From Patellaria atrata CBS 101060 (lineage: Eukaryota): DNA of 64,000 nucleotides. Where the stretch lies: assembly GCA_010093705.1 (NCBI GenBank), contig MU006093.1, forward strand, positions 491,557 through 555,556. The letters are read 5' to 3'. Below the pieces are notes generated by a model, which worked only from the letters and a program-made list of their open reading frames with translations, was not told the DNA's origin and made no database searches. Shown here piece by piece: positions 1 to 13,329 of this stretch. The translations under genes and the position numbers were made by a program. Position 1 is the first letter of the stretch. Each line of letters begins with the position of its first letter.

Positions 1-827
1 ATTGGATGCTTAGCCTAGATCGACGAGGCTTTCCCCCCCAGATTATTGATGTACGAAGAATGGTAAACACTTTACTTGCTGAACGCGGTCAGAATCCACC
101 ACCAGAGCCTATTGGCAAGAACTGGGTTTCACGCTTTATCGTACGACAACCTGAGCCAAAAACACAATGGAATCGAAAGTTCTACTTATAACGCGCCAAA
201 TGTGAGGACTCTTGTACGATAAACGCGTGGTTTCAACGCGTTCAAGAGACGCATCTCTCGTACGGCATCAACGATGAAGATATCTACAACTTTGATGAGA
301 CAGGCTTCCAAATGGGTATCAGAAACGCCTCATAACGTCACTGAGCTTAAGAAGCAGACAAAGCTCGTGCGAGAGCTACTTCAGCGATCCTCACAGAGCC
401 CTGTTAATCAAGCTGTGACTCAAATTATCAAGGGCTGTCATATGGCAATGCATCAGGCAGTTCTCCTTACAAAGGAAGTTCAGGAGCTTCGTACGGCGAA
501 TGCGCGACGAGAACGAAAGAAGCAGCATCGTAGACGTTATATCTCGTATGAGACTACTCTTCAGGCTCAGCAAGGGCAGTTTCTTCTTAATAGAGCAGAA
601 AATAGAGGGCAAGAGGCTGGTCAAACTGGTGAAGCCATTGTACGACAACGCGCGCCGCCAACGTGCAGTAAATGTGGGATTCAAGGTCATACTGCTCGTA
701 CATGCTCAAATACATAAAGAATTAGCTAAATAAATTTTTAAATAAAATAATATTTATTTTGGTTAGGTTTTCGTACAAAGATGCGTGTTGATGTTGATAG
801 GGTGGCCACTTGAGTGGTGAAACACGT
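1..827 (+). mobile_element. Fot1/pogo-type (Tc1/mariner superfamily) DNA transposon, right part, internally deleted and non-autonomous
   Basis: The frame from 6 reads ...GKNWVSRF...RKFYL*RAKCED...INAWF...DIYNFDETGFQMGI (CENP-B-type HTH region plus the first catalytic Asp). At ~320 it jumps to the C-terminal TPHN..EL segment ending in a CCHC knuckle (CSKCGIQGHTARTC, stop 717). An AT-rich tail follows, then a TIR-like end ...GGTGGCCACTTGAGTGGTGAAACACGT (827) and TA (828-829), the typical target dinucleotide. Confidence 0.9.
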
Positions 828-3338
828 TATATCGGATTAGGGAATACGCCATAGATTTGGACTTCTTCGAGTGACACTTTTTGAGGGAATTGGATACCGA
901 AATAATGGGTTTCCTGATTTGTGCTACAGAAGTAGTAATTTCTTCTATTTGTACAGTAACTCATCGTGTGTTTCGCATGTGAACATCACGAATGATCCGA
1001 TACTATAGTACGTACGAATGAATCTTTTACCATTCCGGCGATCAGAAAATGCTCGACAACAGCGATAGGCGCGGTCAACCATCTCAGCACAAAATGCGAC
1101 CTAGTGCAGTATTCCCAGAAAATCATCGCTTGTCTGGATACCTTAGCCTAACATCTCCATCAACGCGTTTCCATGCCACGGGATCCATGCACTGGGGAAT
1201 TGCTCAATTCAGCAGTCACGGTGCTAAGCGCCGCTTCCGCGTGCGGCAGAGCTCGATGTTAGGGTAAGCGCGATGTTGGATTTGGACGTGCTAATATACT
1301 TCCAACCTGAGGTGGATCTCAAGAGCGCGCGTTCTTTTCATGGAGCAAATTTGTGGGAATATCTCTTGCGTCTGATGCTTAAGTTTGTGACCCGATGAGG
1401 GTTCGGTAGGGCATCGTGCTTCCTTCTTCTCTACTCGCACCGTAGCCACGAGGTCCTAGAGAGCTGAGGGGGGACATTTGTCTTGGTATGTCGTTTGACG
1501 AGGACGTGTGTATATGCATGAAACGGGTTGAATTGTGTCATTTTCGCATTCGTGATACATAAGATATGGGATTGCTTCTGCAAGGTCTCAGCCGGGTGAT
1601 ATCACAGCTCTCCTCATTCAAATGATCCTACAACCTGACACATATAGCGGTATCTAGTCATCAACATCGAAATCATGAACGTGAGTCAAGCAGACCGACT
1701 GTCCGCCTGTGAAAATATCCTAGAAGTTTTATATATACCTCGCTCCTTACCAATCAATCCGCCTTCAGGTTCAATAACGCAGGAGTGCGGTTCGGGCATT
1801 GCAGTCTTTGGAGATAGTCTATTCGTTTCGGGCCTATAGGATCCCCCATGCGCTATTGGGTGTGCCGGGGGGGAACAAATACACCCCGTCGTTTCCAAAA
1901 CCTTATTTCGTTGGAAGTTGTGCTCGTGCTTGATAGCGAGAGGTGTATTTAGGGATTGGGTATGATGATAATCATTGCGTTGGTGTGGTGGTGAGGTTCG
2001 TCATCACGGGGGGTTGATGAGAGAAGGTGGGCGAGAGAAGAGAGATTATATATCCAGGTTTGGTAGGAAAGGTCAGAGAAATATGGCAGACGATAGAATC
2101 GCGTGCGTCTGCTTACCGCTGGATGATAGGGTAACTGCATTTGACGTTTGGCGTTTTACGTCATGAGGGGATTCGTTTGGGAGTACATGGTATGTTATCC
2201 GGGTATATAAGTCGTAGCTCGAGAGTTTGGACTGAGATCTGTACCTTCCCAAGGTAATGGTTCTTTAGCGTCAAAAAGTTGCTAAAAGGGGAGGAAAGAT
2301 CGATTTCTTTGCTCCTGTTCAAAGAAGACATCGTTATGTTCTGTTTAGACTCGTACACGATAATCAGGGACGTTTCCTCTTTTTCGACACTGTGTACAGG
2401 TATACGGGTGATAACCGCCATTTTTTATGCAGAATGATGGGCTACAGCATCACTCTATCCACTACCAAACATTAGTCATACCTTATCGATTTCTTGACTT
2501 GCTCAAATACCCGTCAAAAAGCGTATCGTTGCAGGACATGTTCATTAGCTTTTCTATTAAACATTGTAGATTGTAATGGTACAGTCAACGTGACGGACAA
2601 CCCAATTCAACACGATGGGTGTTCATAGGGGCCCCCAAACGAAAGGCTATGTCCCATGAATCTTCCGCCATGATGACTAAAATGTCATTTTCGGGTGATA
2701 GAGGTAGGGAGGGAATGAGTAGTAGAAGTCTAAGAGAAAACGAAAGGAAGCAGATATACTAGTAGGAAAAGTCCCGAACTCGGTAAGTTATGGCACATGG
2801 TCGACAGAATGACCTCAAAGTCTGCATGTTGACTGTTGGATACTGTATGCAAAGTACGATCCACTTGTTGGAGTCACTATACCCCCTTTTCGAAGGTCAA
2901 ACTAATAGATAATGGAAATCGAGCGAACCGTGAGACGGGCGGGTATTTTTCATACTTTGAAAATATAGTAAGACAGAACAGGAAAGATCTCTTATACCTG
3001 AAGTGGGGAGTATTTCTTAAATGACCCATATCAAAATTCTATAGAGCATGTTTGTTGTAGACATGTCGTGTAGTTGTACGGTAGGGTATTAATAGCGACG
3101 CTAATACGAAACGGGCTGTGGTGGAACAAATTCGGGGTTTCGGGCGGGTTGTGATGCCCGCTTTGTTCGAACGCCGTGTGCTGCCTAGCAGGATCATACT
3201 GCGCCTCCCCAATCTCTTTGAGCCTTCACTTCAATAAATACCCTTTTACTCTTCTTTTACTTCGAAATACTTACTTGACTGCGAACCCTTTCCTTTCCTA
3301 CTTGATAATCTTCTCTTCTACTTTGCTGATAACTGAGG

Positions 3339-4575
3339 ATGTCTACTAATCGCCTCGTGGGGCATCTCGCCCGTCGTGGCGTCGAACATGTCTATAAGAG
3401 GGCTACCACCCAAGATGATGCAGTTAACGCTTGGGAGAATGAGGATTTCGAATGGCCACCGTTTGGTACTGTTCTCATATCTGCCACTGGAATCATCTTC
3501 TTGATGATAATGGTTGCCGTAAGTCCCAGATTGCCCTCCATATCCTCATAAGCACCGAGACTGACCACCATAGATCTCATACACCTTGGAGCATGTTATC
3601 ACCAACCTTACTATGATCGAAACCCCAACCGTAGAGGTAGCTATCGAGAATGTCAACTCTTCGCTCGACGAACCCGATGCACCGCTTGAGAAACAAGGTC
3701 TTCTCGATGACGTTGAAAAGGAACACTCCTCCGTAACCCTCATCCCTCAGAGGCCTATTACGTCCAAGATTCGAACAACACTCCGCCATTTGACTTCTCA
3801 AGCTGGATATTTGTCTCGATTCCGTGGGTTTAGCGCCTTCATCTTCTTTGCTCTAGGTGCTAGCACAATTGAAGGCCTCGTCCAGACTTTCCTGTCTTTC
3901 CTTCCTTTGGGTAACATCATTGCCTCGGTCGTGGCTTTTATCTGCATGGCTCGTATCCACATGGCATGGACTCATATCACCATTTCAATGCCATCCGATA
4001 AACCTTGGTACCGCCGGATCCCTCCAATGTCTTCTTTCCGTCATGTCTGGGTCCCCGCTGCTATCTATGCCGCGTCGTACAATGCATCCGTCTACATCAT
4101 TGGTGGTTCCGCTTACTTCTTCGGTTGCCACAATGTTGATTATCAAGATATCTATAACGACTATGAACACTCCAAGGGTGCTCTAGTCTTCCTTAACTGG
4201 CTTGCTTTCGTCCTCATTTCCATCTCTACCTACTTCTTCATCGTCCTCCCGGCACATACCACATATATCCGTGTTGAGGCATCCCTCCTTCCTGAGTCTG
4301 AGGATCCCATCGTTCCATTTGACCGTTCTTTCGGTGGTAAGGTTGTCCCAGCTGTTGCTGGTGGAACTGGAGCCGTCGGTTTCATTGAAGCATGGCGTAG
4401 CTTCAAGTGGGAAGCCCGTCGCCGTCTCATTAAGCTTGATGTTAAGATCTTTTTCATCGCAATGGCCATCACATTCATCTTCGTACACATCATTCTTTTC
4501 GAGTTTTGGGCCATCATGGGTGATTCCCTTGGTGCATTTGTCTCTCAATTGGACATGCAGAATATGGGATTGTAG
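3339..4575 (+). CDS. Conserved fungal multi-pass membrane protein of unknown function (2 exons: 3339-3518, 3574-4575)
   Basis: Intron GTAAGT...CTGAC...TAG at 3519-3573 (phase 0) joins the two ORFs. Several hydrophobic helices; motifs PITSKIRTT.RHL, R.HMAWTH..IS.PS and E..IVPFDRSF. Confidence 0.85.
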
Positions 4576-5706
4576 ATTAGAAATGGCTTAGTGACTAAGC
4601 TACGTAGTAGATCATCGATGCTGGAAGACCGAACAAGAGAGGATGGAGTGCGGGTTGAAAATTGAAAATTCGGAGACGAGTAATGAGCTCATCAGTCCTC
4701 CTACATGGTTTGATAATCTCCATGTGTCACTCCTTTTGATTTGAATATGTACGATAAGGGTCAATGTTTGTACAGGCAATTGCCAATAGAATTGGTCTAA
4801 AATTGCTACAACGTTCACACGTTTTCACTTCGTACATTATCTTGTTTATTACTGCTCATATACTAGATTAGGGAAATTGTTCGTTATCGCTCGATTTCAG
4901 AAACAGTTTGAGTAGATTATATGTCCGTTACGTACATATTAAAAACTACCGAGGGAGTGCGAGCATGACTGTTGAACAGCATAAGACAGGTACAGCATCC
5001 CTTTCCAATCGATCTTTCATCCTTGATATAGAAGTAGGACAATTATCAAATTCCTAAAGTAGTATAACTCGAAATCCTTCCGTTCTTTAGCCCCCTCACC
5101 TCGACATGAGAAACCTACATCGCTCTCTCCGGAGAGTCCATCGCTATGCTATAATTATCACGTCGGGTTAGGATACCGTATCTAATCAGAAAACCAAACT
5201 AACACGGGACTTGAAATGGCGAAATTACCCAATCCAGCATCCGCTCTTTACATACAGTTCTAGGAATTCAATGAGTACTATTATTTCAGCCGCACGCCAG
5301 ACGTAGATCAGGCCCTCGGGCGTCTCACGTCATACCTCTTTTTCAACGCTCGGGCTGCATGAAATCTCCTCGACCAATGAACGGGTTCGTATTTTAAAAG
5401 GAGCACCCGAACCGGGCATTATTGGGCCAATTAGCTCTGCGAAAGCGGTCGAAGCCGGGGTTTCGTTTGAGGATAGGGTTGTGTTTGCTACGGCGGTTAG
5501 AAGGGGTAAGGTAGTTGATGGTGGTGAAAGAAGGGGTTGCTGGTTCTTTGTTCTCGGACATGGTGTATATATGAGTCGTGGTCGTAGGATGGGTTTCCAA
5601 GATGATATTTCAGTCCGTTATATTCACGTTTGGATTTCTCTCCTCAGTCCGTCGTTCTACCTCTTCTGATTCCCATCTGCAGTTTAACCACTCCGATTGA
5701 GCGGAT

Positions 5707-6640
5707 ATGCCTCTCCAGACAAAGAAACCATGGGCAGATAACCCGTACGCCCTAATCCCCACACGCGTGGTCAAGAGTCCCGTACAGTCCCATACCCCGT
5801 ATCCATTCCTAAATTAAGTACTGTACTCTAACACCCCCAGCCCTCCATCGCCCATACCGTCGCGATGGACATGCTCAACGCGCACAACGCCCTCCTCCGC
5901 GGCCTCAACAGCATATATCTCCAAGCCCCGCACATCCCCACCTCCTCGACCGCCTCCTTCCTAACCTACACCAGCGCCTGGCTGTCCTGGCTAACGCACC
6001 ACCACCACGTCGAAGAAACTTACTTATTCCCCGCCATCGAGCGGCTCTCCCGGTCCGCCTTCGCCGGCTCCGAGGCCGAATTCGACGAGGCCAATTGGAG
6101 GGCCGCAAGGGTGGGTGTGATGGACGAGCTGGAGAAACAGCATCATGCGTTCGTTCCGGGGTTGGGGGCGATGGAGGCGTGGGTCGCGGCGTGCAGGGAG
6201 GGGAGGGAACGGTATGATGGCGTAGTGTTGCGGGGGATCATCGAGGAATTCGCAGAGGTCATGAGGGCGCATTTGGTGGACGAAGTTGTGGAGCTGGATA
6301 AACTTGGGGGACTGGATGAGAGGGGTTTTAGGAGGGAGTATTTGGTCATGGAGGAGGCGATGAGGGAGGGGGATAAGGTGAGTTTCTGTTTTTTGTTTTG
6401 TTCTATTTGATTGTTTTTGATGTGCTAATTTTGGTTGAGTCGATGATTTGGCCTATCGTTATGAGGACTTCGGATAAGACGTTTGAAGGGGGGAATCCGT
6501 TTCCGCCGGTCCCTGCTCCGTTGAGGTGGCTCATTCACCATTATTTCGAACGGAAGTATAAGGGGGCTTGGGTGTTTTCGCCGTGTGATACGTGGAGTAG
6601 ACCGAGAGACCTTCCGTTCGCGCCTGAGGGGGGGATATAA
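5707..6640 (+). CDS. Hemerythrin-like (HHE cation-binding) domain protein (exons 5707-5781, 5841-6377, 6440-6640)
   Basis: N-terminal PWAD.PY.LI, then M..AHN.LLRGLNSIY.QAP, HHH.EE..LFP, H..F and HL.DE motifs; C-terminal W.F.PCD..RPR.L. Both introns have CTAAC/CTAAT branch sites and keep the frame. Confidence 0.88.
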
Positions 6641-7270
6641 CAGTCTGAAAGAGCGGTCACTTCGCGTCTAGATTTCTGTTTTAAAAAGTCTGATTTCTAT
6701 TGTATGAATACTCAAGCCCTGAAGACTCATAAGGTAAGGTAGGTAGTCTGTACGTCGTTGGCGCTTAGTCATATTTTCTTTATTCGGTTGGGACTACCTA
6801 TCGTCCAATTGCTTCTTTTGGGTGTATGTATTCGAAACTTCCCCTTTGGGCACTATATCTCTACCTACCTAAAGACCGCCTCAGCTGTAATCCAATTAGC
6901 GTTTTTCGGTGCAGTTCTCTAGGCCTCGAACTCAGCCCCTACTTTATAAGGTACGTAGTTTTAGTGGTTGAGGTGAGCTTCGATACACTACTCATAAATT
7001 TAAGCAAAAGTTATTAAACTTACTATATCCAGTTCTACTTCATGCATATTCTTCTTTGTCAGCAGAAGTTTAATATTACTCGTAAAGCTCAAAGTTTCAT
7101 CATTAGTGTGAACCTGGCTAGTCATTGTGTCAAGTGATACACCACCCAGCTTGTTGATGATTTTCGAGGATGATTTCCCAAGGGCTGAAAATATGGTGTG
7201 GTTTCTTTTAGCGCAGGAATATAGGGATGTTCAATAAGGCGTTTGCCCACTACTATCGAGACTCTCACTA

Positions 7271-7301
7271 CATACACACACACACACACCCACACCCACA
7301 C
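7271..7301. repeat. (CA)n / (CACACC)n microsatellite
   Basis: Directly visible: catacacaca cacacacacc cacacccaca. Confidence 0.9.
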
Positions 7302-7372
7302 CATAACACCGAACTGACTACCCCTTTAGATAATATAAGCAAAAAGGAAAGAAAAGAAGAAGTAGAGAAGGA

Positions 7373-7572
7373 AAAAAAAAGGGAAAAAGGAGAATCCCCT
7401 CTATAATACGGCCCGCCCCTCCGTATTCCCTCAGGTCACTATCCTGAGACCCCTCCACCCATTCTTGCCTCTGGCAAGGCCGGGAATCGAACCCATGGCG
7501 CCCGGGAGACCACGACACTTGGTTGACATGATGTGAACCTGAACCACACACCACCACTTGACCACCGCATGG
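7373..7572 (-). ncRNA. tRNA-derived Pol III-type element (degenerate tRNA head, hairpins, oligo-T); candidate SINE or structured ncRNA
   Basis: Minus strand has an A box TGGTCAAGTGG (7564-7554), a B box GGTTCGATTCC (7493-7483), three perfect stems and T5/T8 tracts (7388-7373). Acceptor and D stems do not pair, so it is not a functional tRNA. Confidence 0.55.
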
Positions 7573-10500
7573 ATTTATATTATTACCGGTTCCTCCGCGA
7601 TAGTATATAAGGACCTGCATTTTGCCAATTACCATGGGATAAAATGACCTGAGGTCTGAAACTTTGATTCAAGCCATCGACCATCGCTTGCATTTGTCTA
7701 TTTAATTGTAGTGTTATTCCGGATTTGCCTCCACTTCTATGTGACGACTTGTATGGTCTGCTGCTAATAGAGATATACTCATCACTCTAGTATCTCTTTT
7801 TCCTTATATAATATAGACCAAATCTTCAAAAGGCAAGGCAGTTCCCATGCTATGAGATCGTCCGCTGTTTTGTAGTGACGTTCGTTGTATGGTCCGTCCA
7901 CTCGTCGAGTTCAGACATCATGCCGTCAGGTGTATAGAGAGTGCTACGAGATCGCGTCTTTTCTCGAGAATATATGTTGTTATTGTGTTGAGATAGCAGT
8001 GATTCTGTATGAATATATTGTCAAACTATAAGAGTTGAACTGTAGTGAACACATCTAGGATATCATTGTTGGAGTATTGTTCAGTTAAGCCCAGAAGATA
8101 TCCGTTGCTTCACTTCCTTACAAAGGAATCATGACTTGGGATCCAACTTAGGTGTTACATATATTTGTATTGATGATTTTAGTGGTCATAACTGAACTAG
8201 GAAGTGGGAGGTGCATGACAAGTAAAGGATGGATGCTAAGGAGTATTTCTATGCTTCATTCCATGCGGCATTAGATATCAGAAGTAAGTAAGTGAGGATA
8301 TGGTAAGATAATGAATCGTAGAGAGTATTATGAGTGTGATTATACAAAGAACTTTGTATCCCATATCTCACCTTTATCACATTACCTATCTGTATAGTTA
8401 AGTTGAGTCTAATCGTAGTATGGTGTGTTTCCAATCATGATGCGACCAATAGATATCCGACAACATGGTATTTTTGATACCAAAGCCTCAAAATGCTCAT
8501 ATCAATAGCATATAACTCTTATGGATCGTCTAGAATGAGAATATTACTTTCTAGATCTCATTGGGTTTTGAGTTGTTGCTCTCTGGTAAGTTCACGAGGA
8601 TTTATCGAAGACAGGGCCCGTTCTGCAAATTGGGTCAAAGATCTCATGCACAGGGTGGCTACAATCGATATTTCCATTCGATTATTGGATCAAGGAGGGA
8701 ATAGACAGTACCCAAAGTGGAGGCCATCATTCGATACTCTTGCGTTGACTTATGAGGCCTGCACGAAATAGTAAGTGGTTCAACAATTGTGTTGCTGCAA
8801 GAAAAGGTGAAAGTGCCACTGTTGCCGGTTATCACCCTCAAGAAAAGGCGCATCGTCCCCCGATCATGGACAAGTAGTTCCCACTTACCTGCTACGCGAG
8901 ACCAGGATCATCCTCCAACCTGGTGTTTCTTCACAAGACAAGTTGGGTTTGCTACAGAAAGGAAGTGTATCTCTCAAAGGTTTCTCCGTGGCGTCATATA
9001 GGAATTTGCCGCTCAGTCCCACAGGTGTCCGACATGACTGTATTTTCGTACTCTACTGTATAGTGCGGCGGTTTTGGTTACAACTCAAGATATCTAAATT
9101 GACGTAACGAATATGATCCTCTTTACGATTATATACAATTGAGAATAGGGGACTTACTTTGATGTTGGCCGAACCAGGTGAAGACAATAATAGCAGAAGA
9201 AGAGACTCACCTGAAGGTATATAAACCTTGTACTTAATATGCCTCCGCATTGCAGCATCACAGGGATGAAAGACACAGCTGAAGCCCAAAACACATCAAG
9301 GCTTGCACTAATATGTCCAGTGACTGAATGGAAAGGCGCATCCCTTGGCTCATGCGCGATTGACATGGGAATCCACTTGATTCCGCAAGAAACCGCTCTT
9401 CCAAGAAACCTTGATTTTATCCTTTGCCCAGTAGAATACCCGAATACAGATAAACAAGCGTGAGAAGTATTAGAACAGAAAAAGGCGAACGTTTACTGGC
9501 GGTTGGAGAGGGTTCAGTATGCCGAGTTGATCAACAACGCTATGCGCCGCAGATGACCAGACGCCTCAGGCCATATTTTCACGCAGGACTTTATTGCGCA
9601 AAAGAGTAGATGGTCCCATATTGAATCGTTCGGCTATACTTCCATTTCAATAGGATTGACACTGTTCGTAGATCTACGTCCAGAATGATGTTCAGGTTGT
9701 CTGGTAAGCGGGTAGGATGCTCATTCTCAAGGCAATGAGAATTCAGAGGAATGACACACCTAGAGCTCTAATGGATATGCAGATACTTCCTGGATTGGAA
9801 GTACGTTGAATCGACTTTGAGGGCCTTTTTTTCAGTGCTGGCCCCACCACCTTCTATCTCACGCCGCAGGCAAGAATTTCTGGATTGTGGAACCGATGTG
9901 GATGACATGGATGTGTGGGACTGCGTGCTGTATACTTGTACAGAAGTATGCGACTAGAATTTCTAGGAAAAGTACGGCATGTTGCTATCTTTAAAGGCTC
10001 GTGTGGTGTCTGTACAGCGTAAAGTAAACATAGCAAGTAGTATTGAACGTTAAGTGGTGTCAGTGTCCTCGAAGTTGACTCGTTGGTTGTGATCTCTTAA
10101 AATGGCGGCGAATTGCCTATACCTTAACCTCGTACATCCTATAGTAGACCGGTACATTCACCCATGAATATATGTATGATTGAAAAGTAAGGTAGGTAGT
10201 CGAGACGACCGTTGCTCAAGCTCGTCGAGCAGTCAAGCTGTAGCAAGCCCAACTGGCGTCATCCCCTAGCCGGTTCAATCGGTGTATCTTGGCAGCCCAG
10301 CCCGCGGACACTAGACGTTAAGGGGTAAGGGGCTGATTGCCGTGGTCCGTGAACTATGAGAGTAAAGTCCGCATCAAAAGAAAGGGTTAACCTAAGGGTC
10401 ACTCTTTTGCTCAAATACGACAGCCCGTTTTTTGCGGATTGGGAACCAGAGATGGAAAGTGAAAAAGGGGGATGGTGTCTGATTGGTTTCTTGTATGGAT

Positions 10501-11230
10501 ACTTCAATGCTACCAATAGTTCTAATTTTTACTAACTTTACGAGGGATTTTGCCTAGAAAAAAAATTCATGGTCCATACATGGTTACACATTATGCCCCG
10601 CGGTAGGCATAGCTGACTACTGGAAAATCGAGAGACACCAGAGAGATTATTAGGATTATTAGGTGGATGTAAATGCTGTCACGGAGAGTAGGGCTAAGCT
10701 GATGTCGGTCTGGTTGCCCTGGTCTTCTCCGCATTCTACAAGTACGTCCAAGGTCCAAGGTGACAAGGTCCCAGCGTGTCCCTGATCCCGGATGAACAGT
10801 AGGATCCGTGCTCTCAAGTACTGAGAGATGTACCTTACTCCATTATTTGTTTAAGCATCAATATAACGGGAGGTCTCAGTGGTCGGAGTCGTCTTGTCTG
10901 CACGAAAGCTAAAAAGTCCTCAGTGCGTTTGAGGCTTAGTCTTCACTGCCTGTACGGAACTCTGATCCCTCTGCGTTGCTTCAGATCTCTAAGGACATTC
11001 TGGGCTGGCTTTGCATGCGGGGACCACGCATTGCGCATTCAATTAAACACCTGATCAAAAGTCATCGAGGAACCGTTCATACTCGTACTTCTAACTTACA
11101 TAGGTATGATTGGGATACAGCCTAGAAACATGAGACGGCATAAAAAGTCCAAAAAACCACCAACAACAGCAACGGAGATCATCAGCTAGGTAGTTCTGCT
11201 GTAAAAAAAGAAAAGAAAATCTCTGCACGA

Positions 11231-11258
11231 CTTGCTTGCTTGCTTGCTTGCTTCGCTT
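11231..11258. repeat. (CTTG)n microsatellite
   Basis: cttgcttgcttgcttgcttgcttc seen directly. Confidence 0.85.
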
Positions 11259-13329
11259 TGTCTAGGCCCGAGCGTTTACAAGGCTTTTTTTATACGCTTG
11301 TCCTTTAAGTAGTAGCGCTTAACGAGAATCATCAGAGCAAGCACACGGCAGCTGCCCGTTTCCCCACAAGTTCTCGGAGACTTGATCACTTCTTTTTCAG
11401 AGGCTCAACTGCCCTTCCTCCTGCACCTCTTCTTCTCATCCAAAAGACGTCCTCTCAGCTCAAAGTCTGTCGTTCTGGTCACCGAGCGACAGAATGCCAT
11501 CTCTTTAACACCCCAACCCGGGTACAAGAAGTTGTCGGCTGTTGATCGTCAGGTATACTATACTTATATTCGGGTCCCATCCCCCGCCGCCGGGAGCGTG
11601 GCGCTTCCCCACATTCTTTCTTGTCTGGACTCCCCTTTGCTGATCGCAGATATTAATGGTCCCATGCCGCCATCTGTGTCTGTTTGTATAGCGTCCCCTT
11701 TTCCTCGTACTCGAATTCTCGCGCTTTAGAACATAGGGATAGACAGGTTCAAGACTTTCGGCGCTTTCAGGCTTCAGTATTAGGTATATCACCTTTCGCA
11801 TTCCCATCTCATCAACTTTTATATCGGGAGCAACTGACCAATTCATTCATTTCTGTAGTATGATCTGACGTCGCTTCTTCTTGTCATAATAAGAACGATT
11901 GTGTGGAATAGATTTACAGTAAGTATACGCCACCCTTATAAGTAGAAATTGTTCAAATCGCATTACCATTCGGAGACTTATGCTAACGGTTGTAGTTGTT
12001 TGCTCTACAATATAGATAGACGGGATTGGTTTAATTCTTATACCTGTCTAAAAAGGTGTTATTTGGAAAGACAAAACTCGAGCTGTATCTACGTGAGTAA
12101 GTTTATTATTGTTAGAGTACCTTATTTCGTATCACTACGGATTTCATTATTAGGCCCCAATGTCCAGCAATAATCCTTTCTTTACCTCTACCCGACTGCA
12201 TGATGCTTGTCTACGGCATAGTAAGTCTCCAAAGTCTGGTCGTCTTAATGACATTGGCAATCAGCTTGGTACATTAAACTATTGAAGAAAGTGTCGTTAC
12301 GGTATCTGGAATACTTGAATGTTGATGAGCTCGTATAAAAGGTATATTTGTCTTGCCTATCTTAAGAGTTGAGCGTTGATTAAGGTTGAGGATTGGCAAA
12401 ATTTTGCTCTAAAATTGGTCGAGTGCCTATATGCCAGCAGCTCAAGCAGTAGTACCTTATTCTTGTACACAAAAGCCCACCTCCACTTCATCCTTTCCAC
12501 TTCTTACATCTCTCCCTCTAATCGATCGAAATAACGGAAAGAAGAGAGTAAACTTCGTACAAGTCAATGAACTAAAAACGAGATAGTATTTTACTGGACC
12601 ACTATAAGGCTTCATATCCCACGAAGGCGAGCATAATCGACCCGGTGACGTCCAAATACTCGTTATATCTTAGCCTGCGCTAAATACCGACCGTCCACGA
12701 CGAGAATATCTTTCTACGTCCAATTGTCCACATTATCTATTGTCGTATCCGCGTTTTCATTCCCTACAGGTGCTGTGACCGCTCTGCATACTTTTGTGTA
12801 AGACTGTAAGTATAGTAGAGATCACTGAGCTCCTACATGATCAGCTTATAACTTCTCCTTGGCCCAACCTAACACTCAATTCTCGCTTCCTTCTGTGTTT
12901 TCTGCAGGCCTCTCCCGCTTGTACTTAAATCCTGCACAAGTCGTTTAAGGCAGATTCCATTCCTGAATAGGGGACCCTTAGGCATCTTATCTACTGCAGC
13001 ACCGCAGCCTTTCTCATCATTTGTAAAATTATTTACGCAGTTCTGTTGAGCACGTTCAATTATCTCTTCTGGATTCCGAAACCTGCTGACACTCGCATTA
13101 CCTGCTTAGCAGTTTTTATTGCACTTCCTTTGAAAAGCCAAAGAACTTAGACGACCCCGTAGACTCAAGCTTGTGACAAGCATTAGGCTACAAAAGCGTC
13201 AGAGATCAGTGGCCTTCACCTTTTCCGCGCGGAAGTCTTATCTACGTCCGCGAAAACCCACCTATTCACCCATAACAAACAAGTTTCGCTCATAAAATAA
13301 CATTTACCTATACTTTCCAAGCGCACACT

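Noticed and set aside
7470..7572. Functional tRNA, including a Sec or suppressor tRNA suggested by TTCA motifs
   Set aside because: The acceptor, D and anticodon stems cannot be paired convincingly.
12093..12264. CATAG/GTAAGT overlap as a [D1,2] or [A2,3] stwintron
   Set aside because: The required G before the upstream donor or after the downstream acceptor is absent.
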